Below are positions 28,235 to 37,763 of a DNA stretch of 64,000 nucleotides, in pieces. This stretch comes from Bacillota bacterium. GTDB taxonomy: Bacteria > Bacillota > Sulfobacillia > RBS10-35 > JAJYVN01. Each line of letters begins with the position of its first letter. Position 1 is the stretch's first letter. The stretch lies in assembly GCA_021803205.1 (NCBI GenBank), contig JAJZMB010000053.1, positions 13,837 to 77,836 of the forward strand. Direction: 5' to 3'. Under the pieces are notes generated by a model. It saw nothing but the letters and a program-made list of their open reading frames with translations. It did no database searches and was not told the origin of the DNA. The translations under genes and the position numbers were made by a program.

Positions 28235-28938
28235 GCGATGCAGGGTTGTCCACATCCCCGCCGCGCCTGCAACCCGGGCTCTTCGTGGTGCTGGAAGGCG
28301 GGGACGGGACGGGGCGCTCGACGCAGATGCGGCTCCTGCTCCCCTGGCTGGAGGAGAACGGCTGGGCCGCCACCCGAGTGGGTCTCGGCCGATCCACCCT
28401 GCTCCGGCGCGCGTTCCGCTCCTATCGCCGCACGCCGGAGGCCGGCCCGCAGACACTGGCACTGCTGTACGCGGCCGACCTGCGCGCGCAGGTCGAGGGT
28501 TCGGTGCGCTCTGACCTCGCCTCGGGCTTTGTTGTGATCGCTGACCGCTGGATCGGCGCGGCCCGGGCCCGCTGCCAGGTACGCGGCGTCGATCCGGGAT
28601 GGCTCGAGGCCATTCTGCCCGAGGCTCCGTTACCCGACATCACCTTCTACCTCGACGCCGATCCCCGCCAACGGCTCGCCCGCGAGATCGGCAAGCGCGG
28701 CATGCCCGACTTCCGTGAATCGGGTCGCGACCTTGGTCTGGATGCCGACCCCCTGCGTGCCTTCGTCCGCTACCAGGCGCTGCTCGATCGCCAGTACGCC
28801 CGCATCGCGGCCGGTGCGGACGCCCACTGGATTCGCCTGGATGCCGGCGCGCCGCCCGAGCAGGTCCAGCATGAGATCCGCCAGGGGCTGCTCCACCTGC
28901 TGCGCGCCCCGGACCGGGAGGCCGCACGGGATGAATGA
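28231..28938 (+). CDS. thymidylate kinase-like protein 2 (P-loop Lys replaced by Arg)
   Basis: VVLEGGDGTGRSTQ (Arg codon CGC at 28315-28317) and ADRW. ATGA overlap with the upstream paralog. Confidence 0.72.
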   Translation: MSDAGLSTSPPRLQPGLFVVLEGGDGTGRSTQMRLLLPWLEENGWAATRVGLGRSTLLRRAFRSYRRTPEAGPQTLALLYAADLRAQVEGSVRSDLASGFVVIADRWIGAARARCQVRGVDPGWLEAILPEAPLPDITFYLDADPRQRLAREIGKRGMPDFRESGRDLGLDADPLRAFVRYQALLDRQYARIAAGADAHWIRLDAGAPPEQVQHEIRQGLLHLLRAPDREAARDE

Positions 28939-29617
28939 GACAGGGCACACGCGGATCTGGCGCCAAACTGTCCCCCGCACCAGTCCCGTAGCCGCCGGCA
29001 TGACGCGGAAGTCGGCTGCCCCTGCCGGAGCCCCGCAGCCGCCGGACCTCCGTCCGCTCACCCCCGCCGTGCTGACCACGGGTGAGAAGTACGGCTACGA
29101 TGCGGAGCACGCCGGCAAGGTTGCCGACCTGGCGCTGCGCATCTTCGAGCAACTGCCGCAGGTGCACGGCCTGGGGCCGGAGTGGGCGCCACTGCTGCAG
29201 CATGCGGCATTGCTCCACGATATCGGCTACTTCGTCCATGCCCGGCGGCACCACCGGCACAGCCAGTACCTGATCCGTCACGACGCGCTCCTTTCTGACT
29301 ACCCGCAGCCTTGGCGCGAGGCGTTGGGGCTTGTGGCCCGCAATCACCGCAAGCGTCCCCGCGCCGCCCCCCACGCCTGGGGAGCGGCGTGCACCCGCGC
29401 GGTGCTCGGGCTCTCGGCGATGCTGCGCATCGCTGACGGCTGCGACTACGGGCACGATGCCGCCGCGCGGCTCGGTGCCGTCCGCATTCGCCGGGGGGGG
29501 CTTGAGCTGTCCCTGTCGGGCGTGAGCGTCGGCGGTATCTCGCGCATCCTGCGGCGCAAGTCCAGGCTGTTTGCCCGGACATACGCGCTCCCCATAACCT
29601 TTACCGTGGAGGCATGA
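28931..29617 (+). CDS. HD domain-containing protein (Ppx/GppA C-terminal-like)
   Basis: LLHDIGYFV...HHRHSQYLI...LRIADGCD is an HD-type metal-binding pattern. It overlaps the upstream gene by 8 nt. Confidence 0.72.
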   Translation: MNETGHTRIWRQTVPRTSPVAAGMTRKSAAPAGAPQPPDLRPLTPAVLTTGEKYGYDAEHAGKVADLALRIFEQLPQVHGLGPEWAPLLQHAALLHDIGYFVHARRHHRHSQYLIRHDALLSDYPQPWREALGLVARNHRKRPRAAPHAWGAACTRAVLGLSAMLRIADGCDYGHDAAARLGAVRIRRGGLELSLSGVSVGGISRILRRKSRLFARTYALPITFTVEA

Positions 29618-29663
29618 CGCCGGGGCCAGCCCGCGCCGCTTCCCGGCCGGAGGCGTCACTCTT

Positions 29664-31235
29664 TTGGAAGCGGTCGGCATCATCGACATCGGCAGCAACA
29701 CCGTACGCCTCTCGGTGGTGGAGATCCAGTCGGAGGGCACCTATCGCGTCCGGCACGAGGAGAAGGCGGGCCTGCGGCTCGGAGCGCGCCTTGGCGCCGA
29801 TGACACGCTGGGACCGCAGGCGGCGCAGGAGACGGCGCGGGTACTGCTCGGCTTCGCCTGGGCCGGTGCGCAATGGGGTGTCCGGAAATGGATCGCCGTC
29901 GCCACAGCGGCCGTCCGCCAGGCCCGGGATGGCGAGGCGTTCCTGCGCACGGTCTCGGAACGCTCGGGCATCCCGCTGCGTCTCCTGGGAGGAGAAGAGG
30001 AAGCCGACCTCGGTATGGTCGGCGCCCTCAACACCCTGGCGGAACGTGACGGATACCTCATCGACGTCGGCGGGGCGAGCACCGAGGTAACCCGCTTCGC
30101 GGATCGCCGCCGGATCCGCAGCGTCAGTCTGCCGCTGGGCGCGGTCAACGCGACCGCGGCCTTCGGTTTGGCCGACCGTGCGCCGGAAGGCGCGATCCCG
30201 GCCCTGGAAGAGGCATTGGATCGCGCCGTGGCCGGGGACGCCGCTGGCGGAGACGGGCCGCTGTGGATCCGGCCGGAACCGGACGGTACGCTGATCGCTC
30301 TGGGCGGGACGGCACGGGCGCTCGCCAAGATGGATCGCCGACGGCGGCGTTACCCCCTGGATGCGACCCACAACTATGTGCTCGATCCCGAATATTGCCG
30401 TACGATGCGTGACCGTCTGGCGGGGATGCCTGCGCGCGAACGGGCCCGCATTCCCGGTCTGGGCGCCGACCGGGCCGACCTGATGGCCGCGGGGACCGCC
30501 ATTCTGGCCTGGGCGGTGGCACGCACCGCACCGCAGCGGCTCGTGATCAGCGGTGGCGGCTTGCGTGAGGGTTTGTTCTACAGCTACCTGCTGCGCGACC
30601 GGCCCGGATGTCTCTATGACGACGTGCTGGAGGCCAGTACGCACAACCTTGTGCACCTCTATGGTCTGCCCCCGCAGCGCGCAGCACGCGTCGCCGCCGT
30701 GGCCGGTGCGCTGTGGACCGCCCTCGGCCCGCTCGCGGGCGCCGGACCGGAGGCGACGCGGCTCGTTCTGGCGGCCGCGCAACTGCGCGGCGTCGGCAGC
30801 GGGATCAGCTACTACGACTGGCGGCGCCACACCGGCTACATCCTGCGCGAAGCACGCCTGTTCGGCTGCGACCACCGCGAGCGGCTGATTCTCGCCGCCG
30901 CGGCCGCCTTTGAGGGTGCCTCGGGGCTCCGGGAAACCCTCGCACCCTTTTCCGCCGTGCTGCAGCCGGGCGACGAACGTCTGGCGGTCCGCATGGGACT
31001 ATCCCTGGCGCTGGCTGAACTCATCGACCGGGAGACCCATGGCCGCGCCCTGCCGCTGCAGGTGACCTGCCTGCCGTCCGCCCTGCGCGTCACGGTGGCG
31101 GCCGGACCCGGATCAGGCTGGGCGATTCCGGTGGCCCTGGCGGAAGACTTCCGCAAGTGGTTCGGTCGGGCCCTCGCCGTCACCCGACCGATCGCCGCGG
31201 TGGCCACCGATGAGCCGAGAACCGCACCAAACTGA
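29664..31235 (+). CDS. Ppx/GppA family phosphatase
   Basis: IIDIGSNTVRLSVVE, DVGGASTE and GGTARALA are ASKHA-fold Ppx/GppA motifs. Confidence 0.9.
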   Translation: MEAVGIIDIGSNTVRLSVVEIQSEGTYRVRHEEKAGLRLGARLGADDTLGPQAAQETARVLLGFAWAGAQWGVRKWIAVATAAVRQARDGEAFLRTVSERSGIPLRLLGGEEEADLGMVGALNTLAERDGYLIDVGGASTEVTRFADRRRIRSVSLPLGAVNATAAFGLADRAPEGAIPALEEALDRAVAGDAAGGDGPLWIRPEPDGTLIALGGTARALAKMDRRRRRYPLDATHNYVLDPEYCRTMRDRLAGMPARERARIPGLGADRADLMAAGTAILAWAVARTAPQRLVISGGGLREGLFYSYLLRDRPGCLYDDVLEASTHNLVHLYGLPPQRAARVAAVAGALWTALGPLAGAGPEATRLVLAAAQLRGVGSGISYYDWRRHTGYILREARLFGCDHRERLILAAAAAFEGASGLRETLAPFSAVLQPGDERLAVRMGLSLALAELIDRETHGRALPLQVTCLPSALRVTVAAGPGSGWAIPVALAEDFRKWFGRALAVTRPIAAVATDEPRTAPN

Positions 31236-31279
31236 TCGGGGACGCGACCAAACGCGGGCCATGCCCCCCCCGGGGCACC

Positions 31280-33037
31280 TCAGAGCACCCTCGCCCGCCC
31301 TCGGTAGCAGAGGCCCCGGCTGCCGTCGATGGTCACGATCTCCCCGTGCCGCAGCAGGTCCACCGCTCCCGCGGCGCCCACAATCACGGGAATGCCGAGG
31401 GCCAAGCCCAGAAGAGCCGCCTCCGATGTCTGCCCGCCGTCCTCGGTGATCACCCCCGCTGCCCGCTCCATGAACGGCAGGAGATCCGCTGTGGCCGTCC
31501 GCGCCACAACGACATCGCCTGCCTGGAAGCGCGCACGCACCTCGTCGGTGTTGACTGCGATCACGACGCGCCCTGTCGCGGCCCGATTGCCGATCCCGAG
31601 CCCTCGGAGCAGAATGTCACCCACCGTCTGTACCTTGAGCGTGTTTGTGGTACCCCCGCTGCCGCCGCCGGCGCCCGCGGTGATGACCACAAGCTCACCG
31701 TGCTGGATGGCGCCCTGTTCCACCGCGGCCCGAACCGCACGCTCAATGGTGTCCTCCGTGGTCTGGCCCCGTTCCGCCAAGAGCGGTCGGACGCCCCAGA
31801 CCACACTGAGGCGATGCGCGAGGCTTGGACGGATCACCATGGCGAGAATGGGCGTCCGGGGGCGATACTTAGCCACTGCCCGCGCCGTCAGGCCCGTCTC
31901 GGTCACGCTGAGAATGGCCGAAGCGCCGAGGTTCTGTGCGGCAATGGCGGTGGCGTAGCTGATGGCGTCGGTCACGCTGGCCCCGGAAGTCACGGCGCGC
32001 CTCGCCAACTGCTCGCGAAAGGGCAGGGCCTGTTCCGTGCGCTCGGCGATGCGGGCCATGGTACGCACTGCCTCCACCGCGTGCCGCCCGATGGCGGTCT
32101 CCGCCGAGAGCATGACGGCATCCGAACCGTCAAAGATGGCGTTGGCGACGTCGGAGGCTTCGGCACGGGTGGGCCGGGAATGCGTCACCATCGATTCCAG
32201 CATCTGCGTGGCCGTGATCACCGGCTTGCCGGCATCGAGGCATTTACGGATGAGTTCCTTCTGGACCAGCGGAACCTCCTCGGCGGGGAGCTCGACGCCC
32301 AGGTCGCCACGCGCCACCATCAGCCCGTCCGAGGCGCGCAGGATCTCCTCGGCGCGCGCCACACCCTGCTGCGTCTCGATCTTGCTGATGATCTGCAGCG
32401 CACTGCCGCCTGCCTGCTCCAGCACCCGGCGGACGGAGAACACGTCTTCGGCATTGTTGACGAAGGATGCCGCGACAAAATCGGCGCCCAGGGCAACAGC
32501 CAGTTGCAGGTCCAGGGCGTCGGCGGGCTGCAGGACGGGCAGGGCGAGGGGAATACCCGGAAGATTGACTTTCTTGCCCGAAAGGAGCTCGCCCCCCACC
32601 TCCACCTCGCAGCGAACCTCGTTGCCGTCCACTGCCACGCAGCGCAGGACCAAATTACCGTCATCGAGGAGAACGGTCTGCCCGGGACGCACACCGGCCG
32701 CCAAGCGTTCATAGTTCGTCCCGACCCCGACCGCATCCCCCGCCCGTTCACGGCCATAGAGGCTGAAAGCCGTGCCCGGCACCAGTTGTATGCGCCCTGT
32801 GGGAAAAGCCCCGATCCGGATTTCCGGCCCACGCGTGTCGACCAGGATGCCGAGCGACCGGCCGAACTCTTTGGCGCGCAACGCGAGCAGGGCGCGCAGC
32901 CGGCGCTCGTAGTCCGCCCTCCCGCCGTGCGACAGGTTGAGGCGGGCGACGTCCATCCCCGCCGCGCAGAGGTCGGCGAGCATCCCCGGGGACTCGCTCG
33001 CCGGGCCGATGGTTGCCACGATCTTGGTACGGCGCAA
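31280..33037 (-). CDS. pyk: pyruvate kinase with C-terminal PEP-utilizer (PEPut) domain
   Basis: RRTKIVATIGPA, NLSHG, MVARGDLGVE. C-terminal GGQTSEAALLGLALGIPVIVG. TTG 33037 lies 5 nt after GAGGTGA. Confidence 0.93.
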   Translation of the reverse strand: MRRTKIVATIGPASESPGMLADLCAAGMDVARLNLSHGGRADYERRLRALLALRAKEFGRSLGILVDTRGPEIRIGAFPTGRIQLVPGTAFSLYGRERAGDAVGVGTNYERLAAGVRPGQTVLLDDGNLVLRCVAVDGNEVRCEVEVGGELLSGKKVNLPGIPLALPVLQPADALDLQLAVALGADFVAASFVNNAEDVFSVRRVLEQAGGSALQIISKIETQQGVARAEEILRASDGLMVARGDLGVELPAEEVPLVQKELIRKCLDAGKPVITATQMLESMVTHSRPTRAEASDVANAIFDGSDAVMLSAETAIGRHAVEAVRTMARIAERTEQALPFREQLARRAVTSGASVTDAISYATAIAAQNLGASAILSVTETGLTARAVAKYRPRTPILAMVIRPSLAHRLSVVWGVRPLLAERGQTTEDTIERAVRAAVEQGAIQHGELVVITAGAGGGSGGTTNTLKVQTVGDILLRGLGIGNRAATGRVVIAVNTDEVRARFQAGDVVVARTATADLLPFMERAAGVITEDGGQTSEAALLGLALGIPVIVGAAGAVDLLRHGEIVTIDGSRGLCYRGRARVL

Positions 33038-33096
33038 ACCCTTCACCTCTTTCGGCCGGATCCGCTCCAGGCACAACCCCGCATGCCCCGGAAAAG

Positions 33097-33191
33097 CGGC
33101 AAAGTCCAACTGTCCGCCGATCCGTCGGCGCCGCAACGCTTCGTTGCCAGCAGTGCTCCAGCGGCGACGGCAATCACTGTGCCGAGTTCCC
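33097..33191 (-). repeat. GACTTTGCCG-hairpin repeat (L-type, copy L4)
   Basis: Read on the minus strand: GGGAACTCGGCACAGTG...GGCGCCGACGGATCGG...GGACTTTGCCG. It lies 60 nt upstream of the pyk start. Confidence 0.7.
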
Positions 33192-33573
33192 GCCCCACTG
33201 CCCCCGGTCCCGTGCCCGCGCGCCGGGGAGCTGCGGCGAGAGGGGTCCATGCACGTCGACGGTCGGCAGATCTGGCAGCCGGCACCATGCCGGCTGCGGG
33301 CGCCACACGCCACGACGGCACACGCGCCGCACGTTGCCCTGCGGGTCCGCCGTCACGTCATCCTTGCCCGCCACGGGGAAACCCACCAGCGGCCCGGCGC
33401 TTTTTGGAAAGCCACGGGGTCGGCATGCCGACACGCACGCGTGACCAAAGCAACAAACGGCCTACGGCCACATCCCGGCAAACCGGGCTACCGCGGGCGT
33501 CGGCGTCTGGATCATTCGTTCATGGAGGCGTACGCAGGAGCGCACGGCATTGCATCCAGGTCCCGACGGCCGT

Positions 33574-33831
33574 TTATGATGTCAGGCCCTCCTGCCCTGC
33601 CGCGCGCTCCCCGCGGCGGCAAGGGCTCCCCCCTACGCGCAATTGCGCCAACAGTGGACCCAATTCCTCCTGAGCGGCCCGCGCCTCCATCGAAGGCACA
33701 AGCACAGCGCAGCCACCCCCACCCTCGGCCCCGTGCTCGCGAATGGAGACAAGGAAGCCGCGGTCCGAGAGGAGCCCCTGCAGCCGTTTTGCCAGCGAGG
33801 GATTGGCTGCGATGTAGACCACACGCCACAC
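33574..33831 (-). CDS. small hypothetical protein
   Basis: 85-aa ORF. GTG lies 8 nt after GGAGG. N-terminal half MWRVVYIAANPSLAKRLQGLLSDRGFLVSI looks like a small alpha/beta fold. Confidence 0.5.
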   Translation of the reverse strand: MWRVVYIAANPSLAKRLQGLLSDRGFLVSIREHGAEGGGGCAVLVPSMEARAAQEELGPLLAQLRVGGSPCRRGERAAGQEGLTS

Positions 33832-34119
33832 CGGCGTCGCCTCCGCAAGCCGTCCCGGCCCGGTCGTTCTTTCGGTGCCCCCGCGGGGCTTCCTCCAGGA
33901 AGCTGTCGGCGGAGGGTGACCCGCCGCTAATGACAGGCCATGAACATTTAGTCTGTCTCAGAAACGGATCTGCCGCCCTGTGCCACATGGCGCACCTTAG
34001 CCCGGCCCTCCGCTGCGGGGCCGGGGCAAGCCCAGCGCAGCGACGGACCGTAACCGCAATGCGGCCGCGGGACCGCCGCACGCGCCCAGGATGATGACGC
34101 ACTGCCCGCCGCGGACGCG

Positions 34120-35343
34120 TCAGCTGTTCAGCAGCGCCTGCTTCTCCTCAGGCGTGCGAAAGGTGGCATGCCCCTTGATCAGGTCCATGAGCTTTTTCTT
34201 ACCCTTGATAGAACCGATCATCACCGCGCCGACGAGGATGTCGCCTTTGAAGAACAGCTTTCGGTACGTCCGGGCCTCCATATCGCAGCGCATCACATCC
34301 GCCACGTTTGGCAGGTTCTCCGGAGTCATCCCGAGCACCGCGATGATTGTGTCGAAGAGCCCACTCTGATACGTCGGCACGTCGACGTATCCCACGTCGC
34401 CGCCAAGCATGTTCAAAGCGGCCACCCTTCCGTGGGCCAGGGCGTTGTCCCAGGTGCCCATCACATGATGGTGCCCCGTGACGGCGTCCTCGTATTCGGC
34501 GATGTCCCCGGCAGCATAGATCCCGGGGATGTTGGTGCGCAGACAGCGATCCGTGACAACCCCCGTAGCCAGCCGCACGCCGCTGCCGTCAAGGAAGCTG
34601 GTGTTCATGGTCAGACCCAGACCGGACCCCACCAATTGGCAGTCAATGGTCTCCCCGCCTGTCGTAACCACGCCGACCGCGACACCATCCCGCAACTTTA
34701 CCCGGGCCACCTCCTGCCCGTGCAGAACATGCACCCCGTGCGCAGCCGCGATCCGGTCGACCAGCGCGCCGCCTTCCTCGTCGAGCACTCGCCGCAGCCA
34801 TCGCGGCCCGCGACTCATCCAGACAGTCTCCAGGCCGCGGGCGCGGAACGCGTCGGCCAATTCATAGGCAATGAACGAGCCACCGACGGCAACCGCGCGC
34901 CGGCTCGTCGCGATTTGCTCACTGAGGGCCAGCGTATCGTCGTAATACTGAAAGTTGAGGCAGTTGCCAGCAGAACCGCCGGGCGCCGGCAGCGGGTTGG
35001 GCCGGCCGCCGCTCGCCACCAGCAGGGCGTCCCACGGCAATTCCTCACCGCGATCGGTGAGCACGATCCGTCCCTCCACGTCGAGCCGCGTCACGCGCCG
35101 CTCCCGGAGCAGGCGGATTCCCGCCTCCTCGTGCCACCGCAAGGTGCGGAGGAAGACCTTGCTCGGCGGAACCTCGTTCTTGAGCATCCTGGGGAGCGCG
35201 ACACGATTGTACAGCGGATGCACCTCGTCGGTGATCAGCGTCACACTGCAGGACGGTTCCTGCTTCCGCAAGATCTCGGCACACGTCGTTCCCGCGGCGC
35301 CGTTGCCAATGATCACAAACCTTCGGACGCCCGAATCTGCCAA
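34120..35343 (-). CDS. FAD-dependent pyridine nucleotide-disulfide oxidoreductase
   Basis: FVIIGNGAAGTTCAE, a second dinucleotide fold AVAVGGSFIAYELA, and IYAAGDIAE. TTG 35343 lies 8 nt after AAGGAGGAA. Confidence 0.85.
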   Translation of the reverse strand: MADSGVRRFVIIGNGAAGTTCAEILRKQEPSCSVTLITDEVHPLYNRVALPRMLKNEVPPSKVFLRTLRWHEEAGIRLLRERRVTRLDVEGRIVLTDRGEELPWDALLVASGGRPNPLPAPGGSAGNCLNFQYYDDTLALSEQIATSRRAVAVGGSFIAYELADAFRARGLETVWMSRGPRWLRRVLDEEGGALVDRIAAAHGVHVLHGQEVARVKLRDGVAVGVVTTGGETIDCQLVGSGLGLTMNTSFLDGSGVRLATGVVTDRCLRTNIPGIYAAGDIAEYEDAVTGHHHVMGTWDNALAHGRVAALNMLGGDVGYVDVPTYQSGLFDTIIAVLGMTPENLPNVADVMRCDMEARTYRKLFFKGDILVGAVMIGSIKGKKKLMDLIKGHATFRTPEEKQALLNS

Positions 35344-35531
35344 CCCCAGCTTTCCTCCTTGTGCACGCCACCGGACGGCCTGAAGCTGCTCCCGAGGCGC
35401 CCGGACCCGGCGTGCGCCACCGTCCCGCGGAGCCCAGGTACGCACGGTGTCCGGAAGGCGCCGCGACCCGCCATCCCGAATGGTCGCGCCACAGCCTCAG
35501 ACGATCGCCCACAAGAGGGAGGCGTCTACGG

Positions 35532-36011
35532 ATGCCTGTGCCGCCCTGGCCCGGGGATCGGTCCTCTGCGTCGCCGGCCCCCGGTGAACCCAACCCGACA
35601 TCGCCCGTCTTCACCCTCGCCGCGGCCACGCGGCTACTGCCATACCTGCGCACAACGCTGGCTGCCGCTCAGACCCACGTCTCGGAGATGCGCGCCCTGG
35701 TGCGCGCCATGCGCCGCATGGAGGCCGTTGGCCGAACACCGGCTGGCACCCTCATCCTGGCGGCCGATCATGCCGCTGTGCAAAGGCACATCGCCGAACA
35801 TCGGGCGGAATGCGAACTGCTCCTGCAGCAGATCGCCGTCCACGGCTGCCAGGTCAAGGACCTAGCCGCCGGCCTCTGCGACTTCCCCGCAGTGATCCAA
35901 GGGAGGCCCGCCCTCCTCTGCTGGCGCATGGATGAACAGTCCATCGCCTATTACCACGGCGAAAGCGACGGTTACACGGGACGCAAGCCAATACCGCCCG
36001 GCACACCCTGA
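35532..36011 (+). CDS. DUF2203 family protein
   Basis: FTLAAATRLLPYL...VKDLAAGLCDFPAVIQGRPALLCWRMDEQSIAYYH matches my recollection of the DUF2203 pattern. GGGAGG RBS. Confidence 0.75.
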   Translation: MPVPPWPGDRSSASPAPGEPNPTSPVFTLAAATRLLPYLRTTLAAAQTHVSEMRALVRAMRRMEAVGRTPAGTLILAADHAAVQRHIAEHRAECELLLQQIAVHGCQVKDLAAGLCDFPAVIQGRPALLCWRMDEQSIAYYHGESDGYTGRKPIPPGTP

Positions 36012-36092
36012 TCGCGCCGACGGCCACAGCACACCGGATCTTTATATCACAGCGGCCCCTCGGACCGCGCCCCCGCCCCCCCCGGGGAGGCA

Positions 36093-36196
36093 GGGACTCG
36101 GCAGAGTCGCTCCTGTCGCCGCCGGCGCGATCCGCCGGCAATGAGGGATCGTGGCTCTGGGGCACGGACGGATCAACGGGCAACCGGACTTTGCCG
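36093..36196 (+). repeat. GACTTTGCCG-hairpin repeat (L-type, copy L3)
   Basis: GGGACTCGGCAGAGTCGCTCCTGTCGCCG...GGGGCACGGACGGATCAACGGGCAACCGGACTTTGCCG aligns along its length with 49105-49210. Confidence 0.7.
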
Positions 36197-36281
36197 AAAC
36201 CGTACCCGGTGAGGCGCCGCACAGGACAAGCTCCAGCAACCGCAAGCGCCGGCGCACCGTCTGGCGTACCCGGAGGAGTGC

Positions 36282-37433
36282 TCACCGCCCTGCGGTCATC
36301 GCGGGCGGGCGCAGGTAGCGCAGCAGCGCATGCGCGTCTGTGGCGATGATCTCCGCGCTGGCGGAACGGAACAGATCCTCCCCCAACACCCCGGGCGCGC
36401 CTCCGAGCACCCCGGCGAAGATGGCCGGGGGCATTCCCCCCATCCGCGCGGCAACCGCGCGGTAACGATGCACCGTGGCCGCATCGTCCGGGGTGTCTCC
36501 CGCGAACAGCAGCAACCGCGGCGCCCCACGCTCGGCCAGCGCGATCAGGCCGGCCGGGTCGGGCTTGCGGAGACCTGCATCGGAGGTTTGCCGCATCTGC
36601 AGTGGGAAAAGCGCATCAAGGCCGGCAGCGCGGAGGCCGAGACTTGCCTCGGCGCTGTTCCGCCCGGTATACACGCCGAGGTGCCCGCGCCAGGCCTCCA
36701 GGGCGGAGGCGGGGACCAGGGCGCGCTCATGGTGCCACAGACCCGGTCCCACGCCCTCCGTCGGCCGCATCCCGAACATCGCCTCACAGGCATCGTCGCC
36801 ACCGTAGCGCTCCATGCAGACTCGCGCAATCGCCTCCGCATCCCACGCGCCGCAGGCATCCGCCCCCGGGCAGAGGGCGCGGACGGCGGTAAGGCCGCCC
36901 CCGCGCAAAGGGATGGCAGCGCACAGCGCCGCCTCTGCCCCCGCATCGGGCGGCCAATCTCCCCGCAGGTGGTGCCAGGTCAAATAGAGACAGATACCCT
37001 GGGCCAGTTGCCAATCGTCATTGAAACCGCCCGCGGCTTTCCACGCCGCCAGATCCGGGGCGGGCGCGGGGTCGTCGGTCACCGCGCGCCCGAGCCGCTC
37101 CCGGCAAAACCAGCGCACCGCGGCCTCGACGGCCGCGGGATAGCTCTGCGCCGTGTCCAAAAGAACACCGTCGATGTCAAAGATCAGCAGATCCGGTGCG
37201 TCCAATGCCAGTGCGCACCCAGCACGCGTGAGGACCCCGGACGCTGCCGGCGCGTAACCGGCCCCGGCGCAGGGGACGACCGGCTCGGCCCCCGTTCGCA
37301 CCTCGGCGTCGCGCCGACCTTCCACAGACAGGCGCCGACCCTCTCCCACCCCATCGTGCCTCCCCTGGTAGCCGCTGCAAGGGTCCCCTTTGGCAAGGTC
37401 ATCCCGCGCTGCGCTCGGGTCTCTGGTCCACAC
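36282..37433 (-). CDS. HAD superfamily hydrolase
   Basis: LLIFDIDGVLLD (motif I), VYTGR, FAGDTPDD. The start is uncertain; the true start could be as late as TTG 37205. Confidence 0.75.
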   Translation of the reverse strand: MWTRDPSAARDDLAKGDPCSGYQGRHDGVGEGRRLSVEGRRDAEVRTGAEPVVPCAGAGYAPAASGVLTRAGCALALDAPDLLIFDIDGVLLDTAQSYPAAVEAAVRWFCRERLGRAVTDDPAPAPDLAAWKAAGGFNDDWQLAQGICLYLTWHHLRGDWPPDAGAEAALCAAIPLRGGGLTAVRALCPGADACGAWDAEAIARVCMERYGGDDACEAMFGMRPTEGVGPGLWHHERALVPASALEAWRGHLGVYTGRNSAEASLGLRAAGLDALFPLQMRQTSDAGLRKPDPAGLIALAERGAPRLLLFAGDTPDDAATVHRYRAVAARMGGMPPAIFAGVLGGAPGVLGEDLFRSASAEIIATDAHALLRYLRPPAMTAGR

Positions 37434-37580
37434 CCACCGCTGGCGGTGTGCCGCTGAGGACGGATGTCCCTACACTTGGTGGATTAACGCGCATCCCAGA
37501 CCTCAGTGCGATGCGGGCACCGGATTCGGCTCGCCTCGCGCCCGACGCTTCTGGGGTCGTGCCGGGCGGCCACTGTGCAC

Positions 37581-37609
37581 TTGAACTCGGCATATCCCCG
37601 TGCTAGCAT
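37581..37609 (+). promoter_or_regulatory. candidate promoter TTGAAC-17-(TGc)TAGCAT
   Basis: -35 at 37581-37586, a 17-nt spacer, and an extended -10 TGCTAGCAT at 37601-37609. It lies about 370 nt upstream of the ferredoxin ATG. Confidence 0.35.
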
Positions 37610-37763
37610 AACGTGGGCCAGTCGGAGTTTGTACGTTTAAAATAAAGAAGCGTCTTCCGCGGCGTTTTAGGAGCAACTGCCGACTGGTGGCCTGCAGGTG
37701 GGCGTCGGGAATCCAGGAGAGGACTGCGAACATCGGTTTCGGCGCAGGCCGTAAGCCATGCGT

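Noticed and set aside
26165-28462. Very long ORFs on the opposite strand or in alternative frames of known genes. Examples are 26165..28462 (765 aa), 31346..33673 (775 aa), 15599..17542 (647 aa), 10905..13043 upstream part, 25538..27178 upstream part and 7401..8543.
   Set aside because: Their translations are Arg/Pro/Gly/Ala-rich low-complexity strings without motifs. They overlap genes with clear family signatures. Such stop-free runs are expected at ~70% GC. Only the motif-bearing terminal portions were kept, for example pduO 26165-26692 and iscA 26816-27178.
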